Assembly (NCBI GenBank): GCA_965365475.1
Contig: CBDUBV010000004.1
Span: 1-58,325 of the forward strand
Direction of reading: 5' to 3'
From: an uncultured Chthoniobacteraceae bacterium
GTDB lineage: Bacteria > Verrucomicrobiota > Verrucomicrobiia > Chthoniobacterales > CAKUMP01
DNA: 58,325 nt
Below the pieces are notes generated by a model that was not told where the DNA came from, did not search any database, and saw only the letters and a list, made by a program, of their open reading frames with translations. The position numbers and the translations under genes were made by a program. This document shows, piece by piece, positions 40,553-49,660 of this stretch; within the stretch, counting starts at the first letter, position 1; the number at the start of each line of letters is the position of its first letter.

Positions 40553-41203
40553 ATGACAGAGATCACGTTATCGGCTTCCCACGACGCCATGCAACAGGCG
40601 GCGCTCACGCGGAATCCACTGAAAAAACTTTATTTTTGGACGCTCCATTGGGCAGACACCCGCTATGCTCTGCCCGCGCTTTTTATCATCTCCTTCGCAG
40701 AATCCTCGCTGTTCCCCATCCCTCCCGACATCCTGCTCATGGCGATGTGTTTCGCCAACCCGAAGAAATGGCTCAGCTACGGATTGGTCTGCACGACCGC
40801 GAGCGTGCTCGGGGGCGTGCTCGGATGGTATATCGGGTTCGGCTTCTGGGGGGCAACGCAGGATTTTTTCTACAATGTGATTCCGGGTTTCACCGCAGAG
40901 AAATTTGCAAAAGTGGAACTGCTGTATCAGAACAACGCGTTCATCTCGATCTTCACTGCGGCGTTCACACCCATTCCCTATAAAGTGTTCACCATCGCTG
41001 CCGGCGTATGCCACGTGGGAATTCCAGTCCTGGTTGTCGCTTCGATATTTGGGCGCGGACTGCGTTTCTTTGCCGTCGCGCTGCTCATCCGCGGCTTCGG
41101 TGTCCGGATAAAACCTTTCCTGGAAAAACATTTTGAGTGGGCGGTGGCGCTTGTGACGCTGGTGGGTATTTTGGGATTTGTTGCTGTGAAATTTCTCAGG
41201 TAA
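40553..41203 (+). CDS. YqaA/DedA-family (VTT domain) membrane protein
   Basis: SFAESSLFPIPPD, FTPIPYKVFTIAAG, GRGLRFF. Confidence 0.9.
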   Translation: MTEITLSASHDAMQQAALTRNPLKKLYFWTLHWADTRYALPALFIISFAESSLFPIPPDILLMAMCFANPKKWLSYGLVCTTASVLGGVLGWYIGFGFWGATQDFFYNVIPGFTAEKFAKVELLYQNNAFISIFTAAFTPIPYKVFTIAAGVCHVGIPVLVVASIFGRGLRFFAVALLIRGFGVRIKPFLEKHFEWAVALVTLVGILGFVAVKFLR

Positions 41204-41217
41204 AGGGCACCGTCTGA

Positions 41218-41895
41218 ATGCAGATTCCACCGAAAGTCAGCGAAGGTCTCAGCAAATCTCTGCATGTGGGCAGCGGGCGCGCCGCACATGCATTGGCCAC
41301 ACTGCGCAACATGCTGTTTGCGGGAATCGTGGTGGCCATCCCTATCGTCGTTACCATCTGGGTTATCAATCTCGCCTACAATACGATCGCAGGAATTAGC
41401 CGCCCGTTTTTGACCCGCGTGGGTATTGATTTTCCCGGCATCAGCTTCGTCATCACTCTGCTGCTGCTGTTACTGCTGGGGTTCATGGCGACGAATGTCC
41501 TCGGACGCAGAGTTCTGGAAATGACTGAACAGTTTCTACTTCGCGTGCCTTTGGTGGCCACGATCTACGGCTCGGTAAAGCAGATCATCGAGTCGATAAA
41601 ACGCTTCGGTGGCGGTGCAAATTTCAAGCGTGTGGTCTATGTGGAATACCCCGTGGCTTCGCACTATATGTTGGGCTTTGTGACGGGGCGGCACTATAGC
41701 AAAGAAGACGGGCGCGATGTGACCACCGTATTTCTTCCCACTGCGCCGAATCCCATGACGGGCTTTGTTTTAATCGTGGACACGGATAAAGTCCTTGAAA
41801 GCAATCTCACCCTGGAGGAAGCCACTAAAATGATCCTCACCGCCGGCCTGGTAGGTCCGGCTCATACCAAACCTAACCTTTCCGATACTCAATGA
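41218..41895 (+). CDS. DUF502-family membrane protein
   Basis: Two TM helices, [28 protein letters not shown]. Confidence 0.9.
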   Translation: MQIPPKVSEGLSKSLHVGSGRAAHALATLRNMLFAGIVVAIPIVVTIWVINLAYNTIAGISRPFLTRVGIDFPGISFVITLLLLLLLGFMATNVLGRRVLEMTEQFLLRVPLVATIYGSVKQIIESIKRFGGGANFKRVVYVEYPVASHYMLGFVTGRHYSKEDGRDVTTVFLPTAPNPMTGFVLIVDTDKVLESNLTLEEATKMILTAGLVGPAHTKPNLSDTQ

Positions 41896-43421
41896 AAATT
41901 CAGCGTGCGTTAATTTCCGTTTCCGACAAGACCGGCCTCGTGCCATTTGCTAAAAGCCTGGCCGAAGCCGGGATCGAGATCATTTCGACTGGGGGGACGG
42001 CGGGGTTGCTAAAAAAAGAAGGTATCCCCGTAATCGAGATTTCCGAATACACAGGATTCCCCGAGATGCTCGATGGCCGCGTGAAAACGTTGCATCCGCT
42101 GGTGCATGGCGGGTTGTTGTATGTGCGAGGAAATGCAGAGCATGAAGAGCAGACGGCGAAACACGGCATCCAACCGATCGATCTGGTGGTGGTGAATCTG
42201 TATCCCTTCGAGGCCACGATTGCCCGTGAGGGCGTGACACACGAGGAAGCAATCGAGCAGATCGACATCGGCGGTCCTTCGATGCTGCGCAGTGCGTCCA
42301 AGAACTACCGGTCGGTGACTGTGGTGGTGGACCCGGCCGACTACGATGCGGTATCGGAATCCATCCGCGATAACGAAGGCAATACCACGATGAAACTGCG
42401 CGAGCGGCTGGCGATAAAAGTCTTCGTCGCGACATCGCGATACGATTGCGCCATCGCCGCATATCTTAATCGGGAACAGGAAAGCGGGAGTTCATTTTCC
42501 ATCTCTCTGCCGCTAAGCATGGGGCTGCGATACGGCGAGAATCCGCACCAGAAAGCGGCGTTGTATGGTGGGTTCAACGATCACTTCGAAAAGCTGCATG
42601 GCAAGGAACTGTCGTTTAACAACATCTTGGATATCACGGCGGCCACGGATTTGATTGATGAATTTCAAGAACCTACCGTGGCGATTTTGAAACACACGAA
42701 CCCGTGCGGCGTGGCGTCGCATGCAGATTTGCGCGAAGCCTGGGAGCATGCGTTTGCCACGGACAAGCAGGCTCCGTTCGGTGGAATCATCATTTGCAAC
42801 CGGCCGCTGACTTTGTCGCTGGCGCGGGCGATCAGTGAGATTTTCAGTGAGGTGATTATTGCACCGGAGTTCGAGGCGGATGCCCGAGCTTTATTGCAGA
42901 AAAAGAAGAATCTTCGGCTCATGAAACGTCTCAGTGCGGAGGAAGGCGAGTGGGGCGGCAAGGACATGCGCTCGGTGCGAGGCGGAATACTGGTGCAGGA
43001 TAAAGACCGCGAGAACCTGAGCGATCTGGAGAGCAAGGTGGTGACCAAACGTCCGCCCACGCGCGAAGAGATGCAGACCATGCAATTCGGTTGGAAAGTG
43101 GTGAAGCATGTGAAGAGCAATGCCATCGTGTATGTGACTCACGGACGCACGCTGGGGATAGGTGCCGGGCAGATGTCGCGTGTGGATTCCTCGCGCATCG
43201 CCATCTGGAAAGCGGGGGAAGCGGGGCTTTCGTTGAAAGGAAGCATCGTGGCGAGCGATGCGTTTTTTCCATTCGCGGATGGGTTGATCGCTGCTGCTGA
43301 GGCGGGCGCAGTCGGTGTGGTGCAGCCGGGTGGCTCTGTGCGGGATGAGGAAGTGATCCAGGCAGCGGACCAGCGTGGCATGTCGATGATCTTTACCGGT
43401 GTCCGCCATTTCAAACATTGA
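41892..43421 (+). CDS. purH: Bifunctional AICAR transformylase / IMP cyclohydrolase
   Basis: [56 protein letters not shown]. Confidence 0.98.
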   Translation: MKIQRALISVSDKTGLVPFAKSLAEAGIEIISTGGTAGLLKKEGIPVIEISEYTGFPEMLDGRVKTLHPLVHGGLLYVRGNAEHEEQTAKHGIQPIDLVVVNLYPFEATIAREGVTHEEAIEQIDIGGPSMLRSASKNYRSVTVVVDPADYDAVSESIRDNEGNTTMKLRERLAIKVFVATSRYDCAIAAYLNREQESGSSFSISLPLSMGLRYGENPHQKAALYGGFNDHFEKLHGKELSFNNILDITAATDLIDEFQEPTVAILKHTNPCGVASHADLREAWEHAFATDKQAPFGGIIICNRPLTLSLARAISEIFSEVIIAPEFEADARALLQKKKNLRLMKRLSAEEGEWGGKDMRSVRGGILVQDKDRENLSDLESKVVTKRPPTREEMQTMQFGWKVVKHVKSNAIVYVTHGRTLGIGAGQMSRVDSSRIAIWKAGEAGLSLKGSIVASDAFFPFADGLIAAAEAGAVGVVQPGGSVRDEEVIQAADQRGMSMIFTGVRHFKH

Positions 43422-44152
43422 TGCAGCTTGGTGTAAACATCGACCATGTGGCCACGCTGCGGCAGGCGCGATACGCGCGCATGCAGGGCCACGCGAATGT
43501 GGAGCCAGACATTCTGCAGGCAGCATCTGCATGTGAACGCGCAGGCGCGCACGGCATCACTGTGCATTTGCGCGATGATGCGCGGCACATCCAGCGGGCG
43601 GATGTGGAGCGCTTGCGTGCGAGCGTGATGAGCAAGCTGAATCTTGAGATCGGCAACACGCCTGGGGCAGTGGCGGCGGCTTTGGAAATCCTGCCCGACG
43701 ATGTATGCATGGTGCCCGAGAATCGGATGGAGGTGACGACCGAGGGCGGATTGGATGTGGTGGACGCGGGAGAAGCTTTGGCGCGCTCGGTGGATCGGCT
43801 GCATGCCGCCGGGATTCGGGTAAGTTTATTTATCGATCCGGAAGCAGCGCAGATCGAGGCGGCAGCGCGGCTCGGGGTGGAGATGGTCGAGTTGCACACG
43901 GGTGCTTTTGCAAATGAATCGCGGGAACAAATGCGGGAGTTGCAACGCCTGCACCAGGCTGCTGTGCTCGCGCACCGGATGGGTCTGCAGGTGAATGCCG
44001 GGCACGGGATCAACTACTCCAACATCGCATTGATTCGATCACTCCCACATGTGGTGGAGTTGAATATTGGGCACGCGATCGTGTGCCGGGCGCTGTTTTG
44101 CGGGCTTGAGCAGGCGGTGCGTGAGATGCTGGCGGCGATGAATGCGGAGTGA
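43421..44152 (+). CDS. pdxJ: Pyridoxine 5'-phosphate synthase
   Basis: LGVNIDHVATLRQAR, TTEGGLD, VSLFID, ELHTG, NAGHG, ELNIGH; TGATG overlap with purH. Confidence 0.97.
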   Translation: MQLGVNIDHVATLRQARYARMQGHANVEPDILQAASACERAGAHGITVHLRDDARHIQRADVERLRASVMSKLNLEIGNTPGAVAAALEILPDDVCMVPENRMEVTTEGGLDVVDAGEALARSVDRLHAAGIRVSLFIDPEAAQIEAAARLGVEMVELHTGAFANESREQMRELQRLHQAAVLAHRMGLQVNAGHGINYSNIALIRSLPHVVELNIGHAIVCRALFCGLEQAVREMLAAMNAE

Positions 44153-44155
44153 ACT

Positions 44156-44941
44156 TTATTCTGACGCCGCGCGGCGGAGAAGTTTGTCGCGGACGCCGAA
44201 GAATTCCGGGTTTTCGACGCGGGATAGATATTGAGCTGCGGCTTCTTTGTCTCCGAGCTTGAGAGAGACCCGGGCGAGATTCAGCCAGCCGTAATCCTTG
44301 GCGGGCATCAGATTGGTGGCATGCTCCCAGGCTGCGCGGGCTGCTGCCCAATCCGGGTGTTGCAGCATGTAGAAGGTCTCGGCGTAATCGCGAGCGGCAT
44401 CGAGATTTGCGGGTTCGAGCTGCACGGCTTTTTGATAATGTGACAGGCTTTGCAAAAGAACCGCCTCGCTGTCGGCACCAAATTGCCCGTGCAGCTCGTG
44501 GCGAAAAAGTGCGAGCACGGTGGCCAGGTCGCGATGGAATTGCGCATTGTCCGGTGCGGAAACCAGTGCGCGAGCGAAGTAATCGGCGGCCCTCGGAGCA
44601 TCGCCTTCGTAGTTCAATATGAAACCGCCAAGACGGCTGAGTGCATCGGCATGCTCGGGCGCGAGCCGCAATGCCGTGCGCCACTGCGCCAGTGCGGATG
44701 GTTGATTTTTTAGATCAAAAAAATAATCGCCATAGGCCACTCGGATGTCGGGATGGTTAGGGTAGGTCGCTACAAGCTGTTGGTAAGCCTGCTCGATGGC
44801 TGCGGCGTCGGGCTCTGGCAAGGCCTGGAGGAGCTGAACCGCGAGCAGTGCTTTCTCCGGGCTATCGGATGGAGCAGACTCAGCTTTGCACAGCGTAGCG
44901 GCTGCAAAAAACATGAGCAGGAGGAATTTCATTGAAGGCAT
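44156..44941 (-). CDS. Secreted tetratricopeptide-repeat protein
   Basis: Signal peptide followed by several TPR-like helix pairs (ALRLAPEH, ALVSAPDN, AVQLEPAN). Confidence 0.8.
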   Translation of the reverse strand: MPSMKFLLLMFFAAATLCKAESAPSDSPEKALLAVQLLQALPEPDAAAIEQAYQQLVATYPNHPDIRVAYGDYFFDLKNQPSALAQWRTALRLAPEHADALSRLGGFILNYEGDAPRAADYFARALVSAPDNAQFHRDLATVLALFRHELHGQFGADSEAVLLQSLSHYQKAVQLEPANLDAARDYAETFYMLQHPDWAAARAAWEHATNLMPAKDYGWLNLARVSLKLGDKEAAAQYLSRVENPEFFGVRDKLLRRAASE

Positions 44942-44980
44942 ACTTGCGACTGCACAAAGTGCGATTACTATAGCACATTC

Positions 44981-45124
44981 ATGTTTTCACTCACCAGACA
45001 GGAACGCCAACTTGTTGTGCTCGTAGTGGTGGCGTTGCTTATCGGAACAGCCGTCAAACAGTGGCGCTCTGCACAGCGCATGGAGACGGCGGCGAAGGAT
45101 TTGGTAGTGGAAACTCAGGAGTAA
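44981..45124 (+). CDS. Small single-TM protein (47 aa), not in the ORF track
   Basis: MFSLTRQERQLVVLVVVALLIGTAVKQWRSAQRMETAAKDLVVETQE; stop 13 nt before the next gene; upstream TTGCGA-N16-TACTAT (44944-44971). Confidence 0.7.
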   Translation: MFSLTRQERQLVVLVVVALLIGTAVKQWRSAQRMETAAKDLVVETQE

Positions 45125-45137
45125 TCATTTTTTAACT

Positions 45138-45551
45138 ATGCAGAAAATTGGATTTGAAGAAGCTGTCGAAGTGTTGGTGGATAAAAACCCCAACTACGAT
45201 CGCGAGGCTTACTCGTTCATACGCGATGCGCTCGATGCCACGGTGAAAAAATTGAAGGGCGAGAAAACCACCGGTTCAAAGCATGTCACTCCTGCTCAAC
45301 TGCTGGAGGGTGTAAAAGACTACGCACTCAAGGAGTATGGTCCGATGGCGTGGACAGTGCTCAGTTTCTGGGGGCTGCACAGCTCGCGCGATGTGGGCTT
45401 TATTGTGTTCAACCTGATCGAGGCGGGTGTATTCGGTAAAACTGAGTCTGACCGCCTCGAAGATTTTGAAAATGGATTTGATTTCCATGAGGCTTTTGTC
45501 GCGCCCTTTCTTCCTGCGGGCAAAACAGCCGTCTCTGATGATAGCGTATGA
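45138..45551 (+). CDS. Minf_1886-family (Planctomycetes/Verrucomicrobia-restricted) protein
   Basis: YDREAYSFIRDAL...HVTPAQLLEG...YGPMA...WG...DVGFIVFNLIEAG...ESDRLEDF pattern recognised from memory. Confidence 0.8.
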   Translation: MQKIGFEEAVEVLVDKNPNYDREAYSFIRDALDATVKKLKGEKTTGSKHVTPAQLLEGVKDYALKEYGPMAWTVLSFWGLHSSRDVGFIVFNLIEAGVFGKTESDRLEDFENGFDFHEAFVAPFLPAGKTAVSDDSV

Positions 45552-48163
45552 AAACCCTACTATATATGATGATGCTTTCTTCTCTTGTATCCGCCTCGCC
45601 CATGGCTCGTGGCATCAATGTTCCGGAACTGGATGCGCGGGTGACGGTGCTTCCCAATGGCCTCACTATCATCATCCGCGAAGATCGCAGCGCGCCCGTG
45701 GCCAGCGTGCAGGCCTGGAATCCCTCGGGCAGCATCCATGAGGCGGAATGGCTGGGCGCAGGGTTGTCGCACATCCTGGAGCACATGCTTTTCAAAGGTA
45801 CCGAGAAGCGGACCACGGCGGATATCGTGGGGGAAATCCAGCGTGAGGGTGGCTATGTGAATGCATATACTTCCTTCGACCGCACGGTCTATTACATCGA
45901 CGTGCCCAAGGAAGGTGTTGCCACGGCATTGGATGTTCTGGCCGACGCCATGATGAACTCCACCTTGCCGGAAGATGAATACGTGAAGGAACAGGAAGTG
46001 ATCCGACGCGAATTTGCCATGGGCATGGACAGCCCCGAGCGCGTGGGACAGAAGCTGCTTTTCGCCACCGCTTACCAGCAGCATCCATATCGCGAGCCGG
46101 TCATCGGGCACTTGGATATCTACAACCGGCTCACTCGCAATGATGTGTTGAACTACTACAAAAAACGGTACGTTCCGAACAATTTGTTTTTTGTGGTCGT
46201 GGGCGATGTGGATGCCGACGCGGTTGAAAAACAGTTGCGGGAATATTTTGAAAAATATCCCCGGCAAGCTGTGGAACCTGTGCTGTGGCCAGGTGAACCG
46301 CTCCAGACCGGACGCCGCACACAGCATCAGGAGTTCCCCACGGAAGTGAGCCGACTCATGATGGCGTGGCATATACCTTCGCTGACGCATCCCAATGTTC
46401 CAGCTCTGGACTTGCTTTCCAACATCCTGGGCAGCGGACGCAGCTCCCGAATGTATGAACAAATCCGTGACAGGAAGGGGCTGGCTCATTCCATCAGCGC
46501 GTTTTCTTATACTCCCGGCGAGACCGGGCTCTTTGGAGTAAGCGCGATGTGCGATCCTGACAAACGCGACCGGGTCGAGGCCGAGGTCCTGGAAATAATT
46601 TCGGAAGTTGCGAAAGGGGGAGTGACTGAGGAAGAACTCGAGAAAGCACGGCGACAGTTGCTTCATTCTCATTTGGAATCGTTGACATCCATGTCAGGAC
46701 AGGCCTCCGATCTGGGCAGCAGTTGGTTGCTGGTGCGAGACCTGAATTTCACCAAGACGTATCTGGACGCGGTGCAGCGCGTGACCACGGAGGATGTGCG
46801 GCGGGTCGCAGCGGAATATCTCAAGGACACTTCGCTGTCGGTGACATCGCTCAATCCGCCTGGGACTTTGCAGAAGCAGGAGAAAGTCACCGACAAGCAG
46901 GGAGAATATCCGATCAGCAAATTTGAAGGCCCGAATGGACTCCCCGTGTTGGTCCGTGAAGATCCCCGGTTGCCACTGATCTCGTTGCAGATGGTGTTCC
47001 GCGGCGGTGTGCTGGCGGAGACTGCCAAGACCAATGGCATCTCGCAATTGCTCTCTTCGATGTTGCTCAAAGGCACGACAACCCGTTCCACATCGGATAT
47101 TGCAAACCGCATTGAATCTGTCGGAGGAAGTATCACATCTAGCTCGGGACGAAATAGCTTCAGTGTTGCCATCGAATGCCTGGAGCCGGACCTGGAACTC
47201 GCCATGGAGTTGCTGGCGGATGTGGTGCTCAATCCTTCCTTCCCGCAAGAAGCGTTGGATGTGGAAAAAAACACACATGTGGCTGCGATCAAAGCCAAGC
47301 AGGATCAAATCATGGCAGTTGCTGGCGATGTGATGCGCGAAGCTTTATTTTCCGGGCATCCATATGCACTCGACCCGCTGGGCACCGTGGCGACTGTGAA
47401 AAGCTTTGGCCGCGAGGATTTAAACACATTTCACCGAAAACAAGTCGCTGCCGATGCCGCTGTGCTGGCTGTGTTTGGCAGCGTGAAGCAGGACACTGTC
47501 GCTGCACTGGTGAAGAAGCATTTCGGATCGCTCGCCGCCAGAAGCGAGGCGGACAAAGCTGGTCCTCCGACACCGCTGGCTGACAGCACCGAGACGACCA
47601 AACTCATGGAGAAAAACCAGGCAGTGATGCTGGTAGGCTATCAGAGCGTGGCTTTAGACAATCCAGATCGCTATGCTCTGGAACTGGTGAGCGAGGCTGG
47701 AAGCGATATGGGTTCGCGCTTTTTCCGGCGCATACGTGAAGAACTCGGACTCGCATATTACGTGGGGTCTCAGATGACGGCTGGTCCTGTGCCGGGCAGT
47801 TTTGTATTCTATGTGGGAACGGACCCGGCCAAAATCGATCAGGTAAAAAGCGTGCTGCTAAAAGAAATCCAGCAATTGGCCACCGATGGGCTTACCGAGA
47901 AAGAACTGCTTACCGCTCGCAAGAAAATGGTAGGGCAGGCATTGATCGGGCTTCAGAGCAACAGCACCTACGCGCAGCTTGCATCCTTGGATGAACTGTA
48001 TGGTCTGGGCTACGATCACGTGCAGAAAATGCCGAAGCTCATCGACCAAGTGAGCTTGGAAGACATTCGTCGAGCATGCGCAAAATATTTTCTAAACCAG
48101 CCTTATGTACAAGCATTGGTCAGCCCGCCAGTAGCAGCAGGGGATGAAAAGACCGACAATTGA
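45548..48163 (+). CDS. M16-family zinc protease (pitrilysin-like, fused two-half form)
   Basis: HxxEH (HILEHMLFKGT), NAYTSFDRTVY; second half lacks the zinc motif; IREELGLAY. Confidence 0.93.
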   Translation: MKTLLYMMMLSSLVSASPMARGINVPELDARVTVLPNGLTIIIREDRSAPVASVQAWNPSGSIHEAEWLGAGLSHILEHMLFKGTEKRTTADIVGEIQREGGYVNAYTSFDRTVYYIDVPKEGVATALDVLADAMMNSTLPEDEYVKEQEVIRREFAMGMDSPERVGQKLLFATAYQQHPYREPVIGHLDIYNRLTRNDVLNYYKKRYVPNNLFFVVVGDVDADAVEKQLREYFEKYPRQAVEPVLWPGEPLQTGRRTQHQEFPTEVSRLMMAWHIPSLTHPNVPALDLLSNILGSGRSSRMYEQIRDRKGLAHSISAFSYTPGETGLFGVSAMCDPDKRDRVEAEVLEIISEVAKGGVTEEELEKARRQLLHSHLESLTSMSGQASDLGSSWLLVRDLNFTKTYLDAVQRVTTEDVRRVAAEYLKDTSLSVTSLNPPGTLQKQEKVTDKQGEYPISKFEGPNGLPVLVREDPRLPLISLQMVFRGGVLAETAKTNGISQLLSSMLLKGTTTRSTSDIANRIESVGGSITSSSGRNSFSVAIECLEPDLELAMELLADVVLNPSFPQEALDVEKNTHVAAIKAKQDQIMAVAGDVMREALFSGHPYALDPLGTVATVKSFGREDLNTFHRKQVAADAAVLAVFGSVKQDTVAALVKKHFGSLAARSEADKAGPPTPLADSTETTKLMEKNQAVMLVGYQSVALDNPDRYALELVSEAGSDMGSRFFRRIREELGLAYYVGSQMTAGPVPGSFVFYVGTDPAKIDQVKSVLLKEIQQLATDGLTEKELLTARKKMVGQALIGLQSNSTYAQLASLDELYGLGYDHVQKMPKLIDQVSLEDIRRACAKYFLNQPYVQALVSPPVAAGDEKTDN

Positions 48164-48228
48164 CGCCGCCATCCTGCCCTCGGCGTCGTTGAGGTGGTTA
48201 TAAGGTGTTCGGATAACGCGAAGAAAGG

Positions 48229-48269
48229 AACCACAGATGGACACAGATGGACACAGATGGACACAGATG
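48229..48269 (+). repeat. Array A: 4 tandem copies of 10-mer ACACAGATGG, beginning AACCAC
   Basis: AA CCACAGATGG ACACAGATGG ACACAGATGG ACACAGATG read directly. Confidence 0.95.
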
Positions 48270-48320
48270 TTTGGAGGAGAGGAATAGGGGATGGCATCTG
48301 GGCAAAAACATCACAAAAAT

Positions 48321-48351
48321 CATCTGTGTAAATCTGTGTCCATCCGTGGTT
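48321..48351 (-). repeat. Array B: 3 inverted copies of the same 10-mer, ending GTGGTT
   Basis: CATCTGTGTA AATCTGTGTC CATCCGTGGT T; ends 13 nt before the GxxExxY ATG. Confidence 0.92.
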
Positions 48352-48364
48352 TAAATTTAAAACC

Positions 48365-48748
48365 ATGAACCTACGCGAAGATACGTTTTTATATAAGGAA
48401 GAGAGCCACCGAATTATTGGATGCGCGTTTGAAGTGCTGAACACGCTTGGCCACGGTTTGCTGGAGAAGCCGTATGAGAACGCATTGGTGGTTGAGTTTC
48501 AACAACAGGGAATCCCTTATTCCAAACAACCAAGATTTCCGGTGATCTATAAATCAGTCCATGTCGGTGAATATATTCCTGACCTGATTGTTTTTGATAA
48601 AATTATCGTGGATGCCAAAACCGTTGAAAAAATCGGAAACACCGAAAAAGCCCAAATGATCAACTACCTCAAAATCACAGGTCTGCGCGTCGGTCTGACC
48701 CTCAACTTCAAACATGCCAAACTCGAATGGGAACGCATCGCGCTGTAA
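48365..48748 (+). CDS. GxxExxY protein (PD-(D/E)xK nuclease-like fold)
   Basis: GLLEKPY = GxxExxY; PDLIVFDKIIVDAK = PD...(D/E)xK; QMINY = QxxxY; LNF; 127 aa. Confidence 0.93.
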   Translation: MNLREDTFLYKEESHRIIGCAFEVLNTLGHGLLEKPYENALVVEFQQQGIPYSKQPRFPVIYKSVHVGEYIPDLIVFDKIIVDAKTVEKIGNTEKAQMINYLKITGLRVGLTLNFKHAKLEWERIAL

Positions 48749-48751
48749 AAA

Positions 48752-48783
48752 CCATCTGTGTCCATCCGTGTCCATCTGTGGTT
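48752..48783 (-). repeat. Array C: 3 inverted copies of the 10-mer, ending GTGGTT
   Basis: CCATCTGTGT CCATCCGTGT CCATCTGTGG TT; separated from the stop codon by 3 nt; 31/32 complementary to 48229-48260. Confidence 0.95.
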
Positions 48784-48806
48784 AAAAATTGGGCGAGGAT
48801 ATTGAG

Positions 48807-49169
48807 ATGCATCTTACTTCCCTATTCTCACCTGCAGCAGCGGCCAGATCGTTGGCATGCGGCGCTGTCAGGATTTATCTCAACCAGACTTATACTAAAT
48901 TCGGCAAAATGACTGAACTACATATCGATAGTAGCACGCGCGAGATTCGCTTGAGTGCTGAACTCGTGGGCGAAGATCAACCGCTGGATGCCACGGTGCG
49001 CTACGACGTGGTGGAGGAAGGCGACAAGACTTTTATCGTCCCGCTGCAAGTGACCACCTCGCGCCAATGGCTCACCCTGCTTGCTGATGAAATGATTCGC
49101 AAACAACCGGTGCGCATCGAGGTGCCAGCCGGGATAGCGGCGACCGCATTGCGCATCCTTAAAATCTAA
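48807..49169 (+). CDS. Hypothetical protein
   Basis: Protein-like beta-rich 120-aa frame (FGKMTELHIDS...ELVGEDQP...TSRQWL); start ATG 48807 or TTG 48789. Confidence 0.7.
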   Translation: MHLTSLFSPAAAARSLACGAVRIYLNQTYTKFGKMTELHIDSSTREIRLSAELVGEDQPLDATVRYDVVEEGDKTFIVPLQVTTSRQWLTLLADEMIRKQPVRIEVPAGIAATALRILKI

Positions 49170-49543
49170 CAGCGGCGGAAAGCTTCCAGATAGCGCTCGA
49201 CTTTGGCAATGACAGTCTCCGCCACGAATGGGTAATCGAGACAATCCGTCGCTCCGATTTCGAACACTGCTCCGCGAAGCTCCGTGTCGTGCACGCGGGT
49301 GATCACGAGAATCTGCGAGCCCTCGGGAAGGTCCATTTTTTTGAGTTCATACACCTCGGTGACCACATCGAGTATGATGATGCAAGGGAAGGTGAATTCC
49401 ACGAGTTTCTCTCGCTCTGTGATCAGCAGCAGGCTGGAGTAATAGTCTCGCAAAATCTTTTCCAGTTCCGCCGAAATCGTCAGGTCTTCAATAAAAAGAG
49501 CCACGCGCGGCATGGCTTCGATGCTGGACGAAACAGTTGTCAT
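49166..49543 (-). CDS. Stand-alone atypical response-regulator receiver domain
   Basis: FIED acidic pair, IIILD phospho-site position, ILVIT, GATDCLDYPF (YP replacing the usual KP). Confidence 0.6.
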   Translation of the reverse strand: MTTVSSSIEAMPRVALFIEDLTISAELEKILRDYYSSLLLITEREKLVEFTFPCIIILDVVTEVYELKKMDLPEGSQILVITRVHDTELRGAVFEIGATDCLDYPFVAETVIAKVERYLEAFRRC

Positions 49544-49660
49544 GGCGGCACTGTAGCGTGCTGAGCTACTAAATTCCGCATAAATTTTTTTACAAAAACA
49601 CGGCGGGCTGGATGTGGCGGTGCGACTGACAAGTGTGGCGGACACGAAACAATACTACCG

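Larger units (their letters stand above)
48229..48783 (+). mobile_element. Putative repeat-bounded GxxExxY element
   Basis: 32-bp terminal inverted repeats enclosing a single nuclease-fold gene, intergenic within a co-directional gene string. Mobility is inferred only; no clear target-site duplication. Confidence 0.5.

Noticed and set aside
45560-46672. 370-aa minus-strand ORF
   Set aside because: Antisense to the M16 protease.
48103-48444. ORFs reading through the repeats (48103-48444 minus, 48554-48775 minus, 48727-48912 plus)
   Set aside because: Peptides such as ICVHLCPSVV are simply translations of the repeat arrays and overlap the real GxxExxY gene.
48229-48783. CRISPR interpretation of the repeats
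   Set aside because: Units are 10-bp, contiguous and spacer-less, and occur in both orientations; no cas genes in the window.
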